Notes: generated from the letters alone by a model not told the origin. A stretch of 64,000 nt of DNA from Candidatus Ornithomonoglobus intestinigallinarum (GCA_018715365.1 DVLU01000040.1:17028-81027); one strand, 5' to 3'; shown: positions 1-9,242, numbered from the stretch's first letter. A program made the numbers and translations.

Positions 1-119
1 ATCTTTTTGCCGACGCGCTCGTTTGCTTCAAATATGACAACGTCGGCGCCGTGCTCCTTTGACGATATTGCAGCCAAAAGCCCCGATGCGCCGCCGCCTA
101 TTACTGCCGTTCGTTTCAT
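1..119 (-). CDS. NAD(P)/FAD-dependent oxidoreductase (HI0933/BaiN-like flavoprotein), N-terminal 39 codons only; continues off the left edge
   Basis: Own translation of the minus strand from the ATG at 119: MKRTAVIGGGASGLLAAISSKEHGADVVIFEANERVGKK, a Rossmann GxGxxG dinucleotide-binding N-terminus. It is in a different frame from the track ORF 28..225. Confidence 0.65.
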   Translation of the reverse strand, partial: MKRTAVIGGGASGLLAAISSKEHGADVVIFEANERVGKK

Positions 120-170
120 AATATCGATTATACCTTATATTGATTATATACTGATTATACTTTGCTGAAA

Positions 171-364
171 GGGCTGCGATTTCAGCGCAGACCGCTAAAC
201 AGCTTTGCTGTTTACCTACGAACAAAACGCACCACTCGGAGTGAACTTTTCAGCACTTTCGGCAAAGCCGAAAGCCGACCTTCGGTCGTCCGTGCCATCT
301 TGCACGGTGCCAACACGCCGTCTGGTGCGTTTTGTCCGTTCTGCATCTAAAATCGAGCAGTCCT
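171..364 (-). repeat. Structured ~195-nt repeat element, copy A (inverted partner at 63769..63963)
   Basis: The reverse complement of 171..364 aligns by hand to 63769..63963 with about 5 substitutions and 2 one-nt indels. It has a terminal helix gggctgc/gcag(t/c)cc, a 17-bp long-range helix and four internal hairpins. The strand given is the inferred RNA-sense strand. Confidence 0.85.
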
Positions 365-415
365 ATGCGATTCTTAAAGCGACAGCCCTTTCGCATATAA
401 TTTTAATATTTAATA

Positions 416-2236
416 TTATTCTTCTTCGATAATTATAAGCTTTGCCGAATATGCGCCGTTTGAGATCGTGCAGCGTGTATCGACAACGTCGCCCACCTTA
501 ATGTTCGAAACCGTGCGCGAAACGCCCTTTGACGTAACAACCGTAGTTGCGCTGTTTGAGCAGAATATTGTTTCCGCAACGTCCGAGCCCTCTGTAAGGA
601 CCTTTATGAATCCGAACGACGTATTAACGCTCGTTACCGTTCCGGCTATTCTGCCCTCCGAAGCAGCCGCGCCGCTTGAAACTATCTTTGTGATAGCTCC
701 CGATTCCGTCGTTATCGAAACGGAGTCGCCTACTCTGAAGTCGTAAAGCGAGCCTTCCTCGCCGTTTATCGTTATGGAAACGTCGTTGGGTATAACAAAT
801 TCCATATCCTCGCCGTTTACTCTCACAACCATTGACGGCTCCTGCGAAATGCTCAGGGACTGTATTACGCCCTGGTACGAGCGTGTTGACGATGTTGCCG
901 AAATGCTTACTATTTCGCCGTATTCAAGCTCTATTTCGTTTATCGAATCGCCGGGGTAGAGCGCCGACATGCTTGACGACTTACCGTTCTTTCTTACCGT
1001 GACGTCATCGGATACCGGATAGGTCATGCCGTCGTATTCCTTGTTTGTATGCGATATTGTAAGCGTAAGCGTGTCGTCGATATTTACCGACACAACCTTG
1101 CCGCCCTCAATCACCTGTGTCTTTTCCTGACCGATTACGTTTACAACAAGCCCGTTTTCAAGCTCGAGAGTTATAACGTCGCCCGTTGAGAAGCTGCGGA
1201 GCGTTGCCGGCGAGCCCTCGTAGGTCACGCTGAGATCTTCGGCGCAGGTGTAGCGTTTGGTGCTTGTTGAGCCGTTCGGTATCATGCGTATCTCGGTGCC
1301 CGAGCCCGAGAGCTGATAGCCCTGATAGCGGCCCGTTACCGTTTCGTCGGGCTCTGACGACGTAGCGTCAACGAGCACAACAACGCCGTTTGAAAGCGTA
1401 ACGTTTACGTTTACGTTCGTTATCATGTCGTCAAGCTGCGTGGCAATTCCCTGCACCTTAAACTGAGTGCTGTCGGTATATTCGTAATCCGTTACGGTGC
1501 CGTCCGTATCCCTTACCGAGATCAGCTTGCTGTCGGTGTCTATTTCCGTAAGCTTACCCTCTATGTATTCGTATTCCGTTGCGTCAACGACTCTTGCGAG
1601 CATCGTTGCCATCTGGCTCCTGAGAACGGGTGAGAGCGGCTCAAACTTGTTGCCGTCCATACCTGTCATAATGCCCTCTTTTGTTACGTAGTTTACGTAC
1701 TGCATGGCATTTCTCGGTATGTCGTTTACGTCAACGTATTCAAGGTCTATCGCAACCTCATCCATTGCTTCCTCTTCGCCGCCCATTGCCTTTGTTATGA
1801 TTATTGCCGCTTCATAACGCTGCATCGGCTGGTCTTTAACGTCTTTTATGTATGTGTCAAGATCGCTCTTTGAAAGCGCGCCCTTGTAGAGCATATAAAC
1901 AAGCTCGTCCTGACCCCATGTAAGACGGTAATCCTTAAGGAGATCGTCGTATGTATCGTGCGCCTGGCGGAGGATTTCCGCGTTTGCTTCGTCAGACGAG
2001 CCCATAGCCCTTGCAAAAAGCGCAATACACTCAAGCTTTGTTATGTTCTGGTCGGGCTTGAACGTGCCGTCCTCATAGCCCGTTATGTAGCCCATATCTG
2101 CCATTTTTTCGATATTGTCTCTTGCCCAGTCGTATTTTGTGTCGTCAAGATCGCTGAACATTCCGGCCGCGAATGATGAAACCGACATCGATGCTGCTGC
2201 GGCGGAGGCTGCAATAATGCTTATAATTTTTTTCAT
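416..2236 (-). CDS. SLH-domain cell-surface protein (N-terminal S-layer homology anchor)
   Basis: Signal peptide MKKIISIIAASAAAASMSVSSFAAG. SLH-type repeats follow (DWARDNIEKMADMGYITGYEDGTFKPDQNITKLECIALFARAMG and onward). 606 aa with an RBS-like AAAGGA upstream. Confidence 0.8.
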   Translation of the reverse strand: MKKIISIIAASAAAASMSVSSFAAGMFSDLDDTKYDWARDNIEKMADMGYITGYEDGTFKPDQNITKLECIALFARAMGSSDEANAEILRQAHDTYDDLLKDYRLTWGQDELVYMLYKGALSKSDLDTYIKDVKDQPMQRYEAAIIITKAMGGEEEAMDEVAIDLEYVDVNDIPRNAMQYVNYVTKEGIMTGMDGNKFEPLSPVLRSQMATMLARVVDATEYEYIEGKLTEIDTDSKLISVRDTDGTVTDYEYTDSTQFKVQGIATQLDDMITNVNVNVTLSNGVVVLVDATSSEPDETVTGRYQGYQLSGSGTEIRMIPNGSTSTKRYTCAEDLSVTYEGSPATLRSFSTGDVITLELENGLVVNVIGQEKTQVIEGGKVVSVNIDDTLTLTISHTNKEYDGMTYPVSDDVTVRKNGKSSSMSALYPGDSINEIELEYGEIVSISATSSTRSYQGVIQSLSISQEPSMVVRVNGEDMEFVIPNDVSITINGEEGSLYDFRVGDSVSITTESGAITKIVSSGAAASEGRIAGTVTSVNTSFGFIKVLTEGSDVAETIFCSNSATTVVTSKGVSRTVSNIKVGDVVDTRCTISNGAYSAKLIIIEEE

Positions 2237-2484
2237 TTTATCCTATTCCTTTCATGCGTTTTATCCGGTTTGTGACATGATGCGGCTGGCGGCGTAAAAG
2301 CCCCGGACACAGCCGCCGCAAAAGTGTCCTACAGATAGTATATATAATATCACATTTTTCTGATTTAATCAAGTGGATATTGAGATTTTCATAAATTTAT
2401 AAAAAAGTTCACATTTTATTTATACACTATTTATATTAAACGCGTATTTTAAACGATTAAAAACGCGGCAAAAGCATATTTTTG

Positions 2485-2513
2485 TTGCGTTTTCGAAAAA
2501 AGCATGGTATAAT
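2485..2513 (+). promoter_or_regulatory. Sigma-A type promoter for the GH13 gene
   Basis: TTGCGT (2485..2490), 17-nt spacer ending in TGg, TATAAT (2508..2513). Confidence 0.55.
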
Positions 2514-2581
2514 TAAAGCCGCGGACCGGTGTGATGACGGTTCCGGTCATTCGGATTATATGATGGAGGTAACAAATTACA

Positions 2582-3892
2582 ATGTGGGCATACGAAAGCG
2601 TATTTTATCAGATATACCCTCTGGGCTTCTGCGGAGCGCCGTTTGAGAACGACGGGGTGCAAAAGAGCAGGATATTAAAGGTTCTTGACTGGAGCGGGCA
2701 TATAAAAAAGCTCGGCGCAAACGCCGTATATTTTTCGCCGGTGTTCGAGTCGGACACTCACGGCTACAACACGCGCGATTACAAAAAGATAGATGTGCGC
2801 CTCGGCACAAACGAGGATTTTAAAAAGGTTTGCGCGGATCTTCACAAAAAGGGGATAAAGGTCGTGCTTGACGGCGTGTTCAATCATGTGGGGCGCGGCT
2901 TTTGGGCGTTTCTGGACGTTTTGCAAAACAGGGAAAATTCGCGTTACCGCGATTGGTTCCATATAGATTTCGGCGGAAATTCAAATTATAACGACGGCCT
3001 TTGGTATGAGGGCTGGGAGGGCAATTACGACCTTGTAAAGCTCAATTTAAGAAACAATGAGGTTGTTGAGCATATCCTTGACGCGGTAAAATTCTGGGTT
3101 GACGAATTTGACATAGACGGTCTGCGCCTTGACGTGGCGTATTGCCTTGACCTTGATTTCCTGAAAAGGCTGAGAAGCTTCACGAACGGGTTAAAGCCGG
3201 ACTTTGTGCTGATAGGCGAGCTGCTTCACGGCGACTACAATCGTTTTGTCAATGACGAGATGTGCCACAGCTGCACAAATTATGAGTGCTACAAGGGAAT
3301 ATATTCAAGCTTTAACTCGATGAACATGTTTGAAATAGTCCATTCGCTTATGCGCCAGTTCGGCCCGGAGCCGTGGACGCTTTATAAGGGCAGGCATCTG
3401 CTTGCGTTTGCCGATAACCACGACGTATCGCGCATTGCAAGCATACTGACAAACAAAAAGCATCTGCCGCTTGTTTACGGCATTGTGTTCGGAATGCCGG
3501 GCATACCGTGCGTCTATTACGGCAGCGAATGGGGCGCGGAGGCGCTTAAGAGCCAGGGCGACCCGGCTTTAAGGGCGTGCTTTGAGGAGCCGGAGGAAAA
3601 CGGGCTTACGGAATTTATTTCAAGGCTTGCGGCGGCGCATAAAGGCAGTGACGCGCTTATAAACGGCAGCTTCAGGTCTGTTGTGCTTCAGAACACGCAC
3701 TGCATATTCGAGCGTAAAACGGATAAGGAACGCGTGCTTGTTGCAATAAACGCCGCCGATACGCCGGCGGTGTGCCATTTTGACGCGGGCTGCGGCACGG
3801 CGGTTGATTTGATTACGGGCAAAACACACGATTTCGGCGGCGGCAGCGAGCTTGCGCCCTACAGCGTACAATACTGGAAAACGGAAAGATAA
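2582..3892 (+). CDS. Glycoside hydrolase family 13 (alpha-amylase family) enzyme, cytoplasmic
   Basis: All four GH13 conserved regions are visible: VLDGVFNHVG, DGLRLDVAY, IGELLHGD, FADNHDVSR. No signal peptide. RBS GGAGG lies 10 nt upstream. Confidence 0.85.
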   Translation: MWAYESVFYQIYPLGFCGAPFENDGVQKSRILKVLDWSGHIKKLGANAVYFSPVFESDTHGYNTRDYKKIDVRLGTNEDFKKVCADLHKKGIKVVLDGVFNHVGRGFWAFLDVLQNRENSRYRDWFHIDFGGNSNYNDGLWYEGWEGNYDLVKLNLRNNEVVEHILDAVKFWVDEFDIDGLRLDVAYCLDLDFLKRLRSFTNGLKPDFVLIGELLHGDYNRFVNDEMCHSCTNYECYKGIYSSFNSMNMFEIVHSLMRQFGPEPWTLYKGRHLLAFADNHDVSRIASILTNKKHLPLVYGIVFGMPGIPCVYYGSEWGAEALKSQGDPALRACFEEPEENGLTEFISRLAAAHKGSDALINGSFRSVVLQNTHCIFERKTDKERVLVAINAADTPAVCHFDAGCGTAVDLITGKTHDFGGGSELAPYSVQYWKTER

Positions 3893-3939
3893 GCAGATAA
3901 AAACAGCATAAATGTTTTGATATTGTAATCGTGCAGATA

Positions 3940-3968
3940 TTGACTTGAAACACGTATAGGTATATAAT
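3940..3968 (+). promoter_or_regulatory. Sigma-A type promoter
   Basis: TTGACT (3940..3945), 17-nt spacer, TATAAT (3963..3968). Confidence 0.6.
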
Positions 3969-4047
3969 ATATGCTATAATAATGTGTGTTCTCGGAAAAC
4001 GGGGGCTGGGCCGACGGGAACGGGATAAGAGTGGAGGAAGTAAAATT

Positions 4048-5457
4048 ATGCTTTGTAAAAAATGCGGAGCGCAGATACCGAACGATTCGGTGAAGTGCAA
4101 ATTCTGCGGCGAGGTATTTGTTGAAGAGCCTGCACCCGAGGAAAACGCGGGCGGCGGCGAAGAAAATATCGAAGCGGGCGATACGCGCGTTATAGACCTT
4201 GGCTCCAAACCGAAGGACGGGGAAACGCCCGGTGAGGTGAAGGCCGAAGGTGAGGAAACGGAGGCCGAGCGCTCAACGCACGATATATTTGAAGAAAACG
4301 AAAAGAAAAGAAAGAGCCAGGCGGAAAAAATCATAGATGAAAAACAGCAGCAGCTTGAAGAAATAACAATGCGCCGCGACAAGAAAAAGCGCAGGCAAAA
4401 GCGCAATAAAATAATCCTTGTCGCCTGCGTGTGCGCGCTTGTTGCGGGAGCTGCGGGCTTCGGCACATATTTTGTAAGAAACGGCGGAATAGGCACAACT
4501 GTCATCGCAACGCCGGCGCCGTCGGGTTCGCCGATACCGTCGCTTGCGCCGGTTCAGACGCCGGCTGCGGGAACGCCGATGCCTTCATCGTCGGCAGCGC
4601 CGGAAAACAGCGGTGAAAATAACGATGACGGCGAAAACGGAACGTCGGGCGGCGAGGGCAGCTGGACAAGAGTGGACGGCGATGGGAATTCGTCAGGCAC
4701 GGGTTCGTCAAACGGCGGAAGCACGTCGGGAGGGAGCACCTCGGGCGGCGGCACATCATCGGGTAACGGCGGCTCGTCGAACGGCGGGACGTCGGGCTCC
4801 GGAACGGGAACCTCATCATCTAACGGCGGAAGCGCTTCTGGCGGAGGCAGCTCTGCGGGAACAGGCTCGTCCGGCGGCAGCGGCAGTTCGTCCGGCGGCG
4901 GTGCGCAGGGCACTACGGAGCCCGTGAACACCGGACGGTATTCGGGAGTTGTAAGCGCGCCGATACAGGCAAAGCTTGCGGTCGGCAACGAGGTAATATA
5001 CGACGAAGCGTCGGGCAGATATTTCATGACGTTTAACCTTGACGGTGTTATGTATTACGCATACGTTTCCGAAGGCAGCACAACGGAGCAGGTGCGCGGA
5101 AAATATATTACCGTTACGGCAAACCCGACAAACGGGCGCTATAACGGAAATACCGTTTACGACATAACAAGCCTTACGTATTATGAGGGCGATTATATAA
5201 TTCCCGATTCGGGTACGCGCCTTATAAGCGAATCGGAAATACAGAATCTTTCAAAGGAACAGCTCGGCCTTGCGAGAAACGAGATATATGCGCGCCACGG
5301 ACGCAAGTTCCAGATGGAGGAATATCAGACGTATTTTGAGGGCAAATCGTGGTATAAGGTAAACCCGAATTATGATTACACAAACGACAACAACAACTTA
5401 AACGATATTGAGCTTATGAATGTCGATACGATATTAAAGGTGGAAAATTCAAAATAA
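4048..5457 (+). CDS. Zinc-ribbon / single-TM / Gly-Ser-rich / YARHG-domain protein
   Basis: Start moved to the ATG at 4048, preceded by GGAGGA. The protein has an N-terminal CxxC...CxxC ribbon (MLCKKCGAQIPNDSVKCKFCG) and a TM segment (IILVACVCALVAGAAGFG). A roughly 100-aa G/S/T low-complexity region follows, then a C-terminal ARNEIYARHGRKF motif typical of YARHG domains. Confidence 0.8.
   Translation: MLCKKCGAQIPNDSVKCKFCGEVFVEEPAPEENAGGGEENIEAGDTRVIDLGSKPKDGETPGEVKAEGEETEAERSTHDIFEENEKKRKSQAEKIIDEKQQQLEEITMRRDKKKRRQKRNKIILVACVCALVAGAAGFGTYFVRNGGIGTTVIATPAPSGSPIPSLAPVQTPAAGTPMPSSSAAPENSGENNDDGENGTSGGEGSWTRVDGDGNSSGTGSSNGGSTSGGSTSGGGTSSGNGGSSNGGTSGSGTGTSSSNGGSASGGGSSAGTGSSGGSGSSSGGGAQGTTEPVNTGRYSGVVSAPIQAKLAVGNEVIYDEASGRYFMTFNLDGVMYYAYVSEGSTTEQVRGKYITVTANPTNGRYNGNTVYDITSLTYYEGDYIIPDSGTRLISESEIQNLSKEQLGLARNEIYARHGRKFQMEEYQTYFEGKSWYKVNPNYDYTNDNNNLNDIELMNVDTILKVENSK
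4684..4905 (+). repeat. Coding low-complexity tract (degenerate GGx/TCx Gly-Ser repeats)
   Basis: Reiterated GGSTSGG / GGTSSGNGG / GSGSSSGGG coding units. This tract produces long spurious ORFs in other frames and on the opposite strand. Confidence 0.7.
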
Positions 5458-5494
5458 GAACCAAAAAAGGAGCGGAAAGCTCCTTTTTTGGTTC
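5457..5494. terminator. Bidirectional intrinsic terminator between convergent genes
   Basis: agaaccaaaaaaggagc-ggaa-gctccttttttggttct: a perfect 17-bp stem with A/T runs on both sides. Confidence 0.8.
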
Positions 5495-5511
5495 TTATTT
5501 GCCCCGCATAA

Positions 5512-6879
5512 TTATTTTCTATATATGGCTTCAAGCTTTTTAAACAATATAAAGAAGCATATGAAATGACATGCAAACGTTACCGCCCAGGTGAACGGGT
5601 ACGAAAAGTACAGCGTCGGCAGTGTCTGATTCCAGCGGAATACGGTAAATATCCATACGATACGAAGTCCGCACGCGCCGGCAAGCGACACAACCATCGG
5701 CATAAACGAATAGCCCAAGCCTCTCAGGCAGCCGACCATTACGTCCATGAGCCCGCACAGGAAGTACGGTGCGCATACGAGCGACAGGCGCATTATGCCG
5801 TATTCTATAACCTCCGCATCGGACGAATATATGCCGAGCAGCTGATGGCCGAATAAATACGCCGAAATGCCGAGCACAACGCCCGTTACCGTTACGCACG
5901 CAACGCAGAGCCACATTATGCGCTTTACCCTGTCAAGCTTTCCGGCGCCGTAGTTCTGGCCGGTAAACGATATTGCCGTCTGATGAAATGAGTTCATCGC
6001 TGTGTAAACGAAGCCCTCAATATTTGACGCCGCGGTGTTTCCCGCCATTGCAACGGAACCGAACAGGTTTATCGACGATTGTATCAATACGTTTGAAACG
6101 GAGAATATTGCGCCCTGCATGCCCGCCGGAAGCCCTATCTTCATTATCTGAACTATCTTGCGGCGGTTTATGCCGAGCTTTTTAAGGTGCAGCTTATACG
6201 GCCCTTCGGCTTTTACAAGCGCCCTCACAACAAGCCCCGACGAGAGTATCTGCGAAAGCACCGTTGCAAGCGCAACGCCCTCAACGCCCATTCCGAATTG
6301 AGTTACAAATATTACGTTCATTATAATATTGAGCGCGCCGGCGGCGGCAAGATAATAAAGCGGGCGGCGCGTGTCGCCTATTGCGCGGAATATCGCCGTA
6401 CCGAAGTTGTAGAGCATTATTATCGGCATTCCGGAGAAATAAACCTTCATATATAATGCGGCCTGGTCGAGCACATCGTCCGGCGTGCCCATAAGCTCAA
6501 GCAGCGGCTTTGAAAGGAAAAAGCCGAGGAAGATGAGAACAACGCCGCATACGACGCTGAACGTTATCGATGTATGTACAACCTCGCTTATGTCTTTTGT
6601 ATGTCCCGAGCCTATGTAGCGCGCGGTCATAACGTTTGTGCCGACGGAAAAGCCTATAAATACATTTATAAGAAGGTTTATAAGCGAGCTTGTAGAGCCG
6701 ACGGCGGCAAGCGCCTGATGCCCCACAAACCTGCCGACAACAATTATATCCGCCGCATTGAACAAAAGCTGCAGTATGCTTGAAAGCATGAGCGGTATTG
6801 CAAAAACGAGTATTTTTCCGAGCAGCGGTCCGCTGCACATATCCATTTCGTGTGAACGCTTCGCGGTTCGTTCCTTCAT
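5512..6879 (-). CDS. MATE family efflux transporter
   Basis: Multi-TM protein with the typical MATE N-terminus (GPLLGKILVFAIPLMLSSILQLLFNAADIIVVGRFVG). Start set at the ATG at 6879, which has AAGGAG upstream. Confidence 0.85.
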   Translation of the reverse strand: MKERTAKRSHEMDMCSGPLLGKILVFAIPLMLSSILQLLFNAADIIVVGRFVGHQALAAVGSTSSLINLLINVFIGFSVGTNVMTARYIGSGHTKDISEVVHTSITFSVVCGVVLIFLGFFLSKPLLELMGTPDDVLDQAALYMKVYFSGMPIIMLYNFGTAIFRAIGDTRRPLYYLAAAGALNIIMNVIFVTQFGMGVEGVALATVLSQILSSGLVVRALVKAEGPYKLHLKKLGINRRKIVQIMKIGLPAGMQGAIFSVSNVLIQSSINLFGSVAMAGNTAASNIEGFVYTAMNSFHQTAISFTGQNYGAGKLDRVKRIMWLCVACVTVTGVVLGISAYLFGHQLLGIYSSDAEVIEYGIMRLSLVCAPYFLCGLMDVMVGCLRGLGYSFMPMVVSLAGACGLRIVWIFTVFRWNQTLPTLYFSYPFTWAVTFACHFICFFILFKKLEAIYRK

Positions 6880-7058
6880 TATAATAATCTCCTTCACCGC
6901 CCGTCGCTTCGGGCACATAATTTTGCCCGCTTCGGGGCACGGCTACTATTTTATCACTGTTGACAGCAAAATGCAACAGGCGGCGGAGCTTATTTTAGTA
7001 CGATTATTTTGCGCCGTGAATATATTTTTTGTGCAACTTTACAATTCACACGTCCCGC

Positions 7059-8081
7059 TTATGAGGAAACGCAGAATTTTATTTCATCGCCGGACGTTCT
7101 GCCGAGAGCGGCTTCGGCGGCGCTTATTATATAATCGGTGCGCTCCTCGTAGACCGCCGCTATAACGCCGCTGCTCCACAGCCGCGCGGCGCGCACGCCC
7201 TCGAGCTCGAGCACCGACCGAAGCATTACGGCTCTTTTCGTATCCGGCTCCCAAAGGCGGAGCAGATCCTTTGACGACTGATTCATCATATTAAAAAGCT
7301 CGGAGGTGCGGCACCGCCTTAACGGCTCCGAAACGGCGCGTATCCGCTCATTATCGCGGAGTATCATGCACATTCGCCTGTATACGGTTTTGCTTTTCAG
7401 CCTGTGGCGCGCGGCGTCGAGCTCCTGCTGCGTAAGCTCCGAAAGCGACGTGAGGTGCGGATAAAAGCTTCTCAGGCGCTCAAATTCATGCTCTATTTCC
7501 GCAAAATCCTTTTCGCCGGCGGAACGCTTTGCCGGTTGTATCGAAACAAGCCTGAACCCCGAAAGCGGCAGCGGCAGAAGCTCCGTTTTCAGACGCTCAG
7601 AGCGTATGCAGTAACCGGGCCTTGCGTTCAGAAGCGCAAGATACGGCTTTATGTTATCCCTTCCGCAGCAGGACGCGGCGGCTGCGGTTTTGTCGTATTC
7701 GGGAAAGTTGTTCATGCTCATAACGCATTTTACCGTACAGCACGACGTTTCGGCGGAGGAGTTGAAATATTCGGGGATGTCGTTGTTTAAAAGTATCTGC
7801 CCGCCGGTGAGGTGTGCGCCTTCGGGAAGTATGCCGCCGTTTTTTACGCGCCGCGTAAGCGACACGTCGGAGCCCGTGCTCTCAAGATTAAGGCTGTCGG
7901 AGCCCGTCGGGCGGCAAAGCCCGGTCACGCCGACGGACAGCGGATACGTCAGGCTGAGCGCCCCCTTTATGCGCGGGAAACCGAGAAGGGTACACAAAAG
8001 CCCGCACTTTTCGGCTCGCAGATACCCCTCTCCGCCGCTGAACCGTTTGTAAAAATCCTGTTTCATTAAAGCTATATCCAT
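7059..8081 (-). CDS. Galactokinase-like (GHMP superfamily) protein with degenerate catalytic motifs
   Basis: The C-terminal half follows the GalK pattern (RRMCMILRDNERIRAV ... ELFNMMNQSSKDLLRLWE ... GVRAARLWSSGV). However, the GalK signature GRVNLIGEH reads AEKCGLLCTLL, and the GHMP P-loop PxGSGLSSSAA reads IPEYFNSSAETSCC. Confidence 0.45.
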   Translation of the reverse strand: MDIALMKQDFYKRFSGGEGYLRAEKCGLLCTLLGFPRIKGALSLTYPLSVGVTGLCRPTGSDSLNLESTGSDVSLTRRVKNGGILPEGAHLTGGQILLNNDIPEYFNSSAETSCCTVKCVMSMNNFPEYDKTAAAASCCGRDNIKPYLALLNARPGYCIRSERLKTELLPLPLSGFRLVSIQPAKRSAGEKDFAEIEHEFERLRSFYPHLTSLSELTQQELDAARHRLKSKTVYRRMCMILRDNERIRAVSEPLRRCRTSELFNMMNQSSKDLLRLWEPDTKRAVMLRSVLELEGVRAARLWSSGVIAAVYEERTDYIISAAEAALGRTSGDEIKFCVSS

Positions 8082-8286
8082 AACATTCCACCGCTTTCGT
8101 TTTTATTTTATGTACATATAATATCCTTTGCCGCTTTTATGTAAAATATACGGGCGCGCATATATGCAAAAAAGCCATGTTGCTGATTTTTGAACAGATT
8201 TATCGGTTTTTTGTATATAAAAATTATTGAATATGTTGTATAATTATTGTACAGTAAGTTATCTATAAGGAGAAGGAGAGAGGACA

Positions 8287-9066
8287 ATGAAAAAGACTAA
8301 ATTTATTTCACTGCTGGCCGTACTGGCTATCGGCGCGCAGTCTGCTATGATGCCTATCCTTGCAAATGCTGAAGCAAGTGCCATGTATATCGAAAATTCC
8401 GATTTTTCGGATTGCGCCATAGGCGGTGCGGTCGGAAAAGCATATTACGGACTTAATATTCTGCTTGACGGCGGTCCCTGGCTTTCAAAGGGAAGCGCAA
8501 CGCAGCATTACGAAACGTATATGCACGATGACGAGCGCAATGTGAATTACTGCAACTTCTATTCAAATTCGGAAGCTACAGGCTCGGGCTCGGGCTCGAT
8601 GTACGTTTATCAGAGAGATACCACGTCAAACTTTGCTCAGACGTTCGGTCACTGCAAATTCGATATAAGAATGAACGAGGGACAGATGCAGCTCCAGATC
8701 GGTTCGTTCTCCGACCCGACGTCAAATACCGACTACATAGCAAACACGATTTCGTTTAACACTCAGTCAGTATCCGCAACAAACGGCGGGCAGACAAAGA
8801 CGATAGCGTCAATAAAGCCCGGAGAGTGGTATACGGTGGAAATAGCAATAAACAACCCCCTTCAGGAGGTTGATATAACCGTTGCCGACAGCTCGGGCAA
8901 GATAATAGGCCAGGCCGAGGGTCTTGCTTACCAGCAGCAGCAGTGCGAGGCTGTAAAGATTTGGTGCTTCGGCTATGTAAGAGGTATTCCGTATGACTAC
9001 GATCTTACAAACGTGACTATCGAAAAATCGACAGACACCACAAATCCGTATGAAATAATCAAATAA
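8287..9066 (+). CDS. Secreted protein of unknown function
   Basis: Signal peptide MKKTKFISLLAVLAIGAQSAMMPILANAEA. Strong RBS AAGGAGAAGGAGAGAGG. No motif recognised. Confidence 0.7.
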   Translation: MKKTKFISLLAVLAIGAQSAMMPILANAEASAMYIENSDFSDCAIGGAVGKAYYGLNILLDGGPWLSKGSATQHYETYMHDDERNVNYCNFYSNSEATGSGSGSMYVYQRDTTSNFAQTFGHCKFDIRMNEGQMQLQIGSFSDPTSNTDYIANTISFNTQSVSATNGGQTKTIASIKPGEWYTVEIAINNPLQEVDITVADSSGKIIGQAEGLAYQQQQCEAVKIWCFGYVRGIPYDYDLTNVTIEKSTDTTNPYEIIK

Positions 9067-9096
9067 GTCCGGAAAAATTTTTAAATCGGATTTAAC

Positions 9097-9131
9097 GGGT
9101 CATATCACTCAAATGCGATATGACCCTCTTT
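9097..9131 (+). terminator. Intrinsic terminator
   Basis: gggtcatatc-N10-gatatgaccc followed by tctttgatt. Confidence 0.65.
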
Positions 9132-9242
9132 GATTAAAGGGACAATATAGCAGCATAAGCCAGAAAATAAATAATATGCTTTATTCTCCAACAATTTTTA
9201 TCGAAAAATTAAAAAAATATTAAAAAATATTTTAATTAAGGC

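Noticed and set aside
162-432. Track ORFs 162..350 and 205..432, together with 63481..63891 at the other end, which share the peptide FSALSAKPKADLRSSVPSCTVPTRR.
   Set aside because: The shared peptide is simply the translation of the structured repeat. The ORFs differ at both ends outside the repeat, lack an RBS, and the sequence is dominated by hairpins. I treat it as a non-coding repeat.
3813-5027. Several long ORFs (3813..4505 minus, 4502..4819 minus, 4544..4927 plus, 4554..5027 minus) in and around the Gly-Ser tract.
   Set aside because: They are frame and strand artefacts of the repetitive GGC/TCG coding DNA of the zinc-ribbon/YARHG gene. Their products are Pro/Arg/Ser homopolymer-like, with no starts supported by an RBS.
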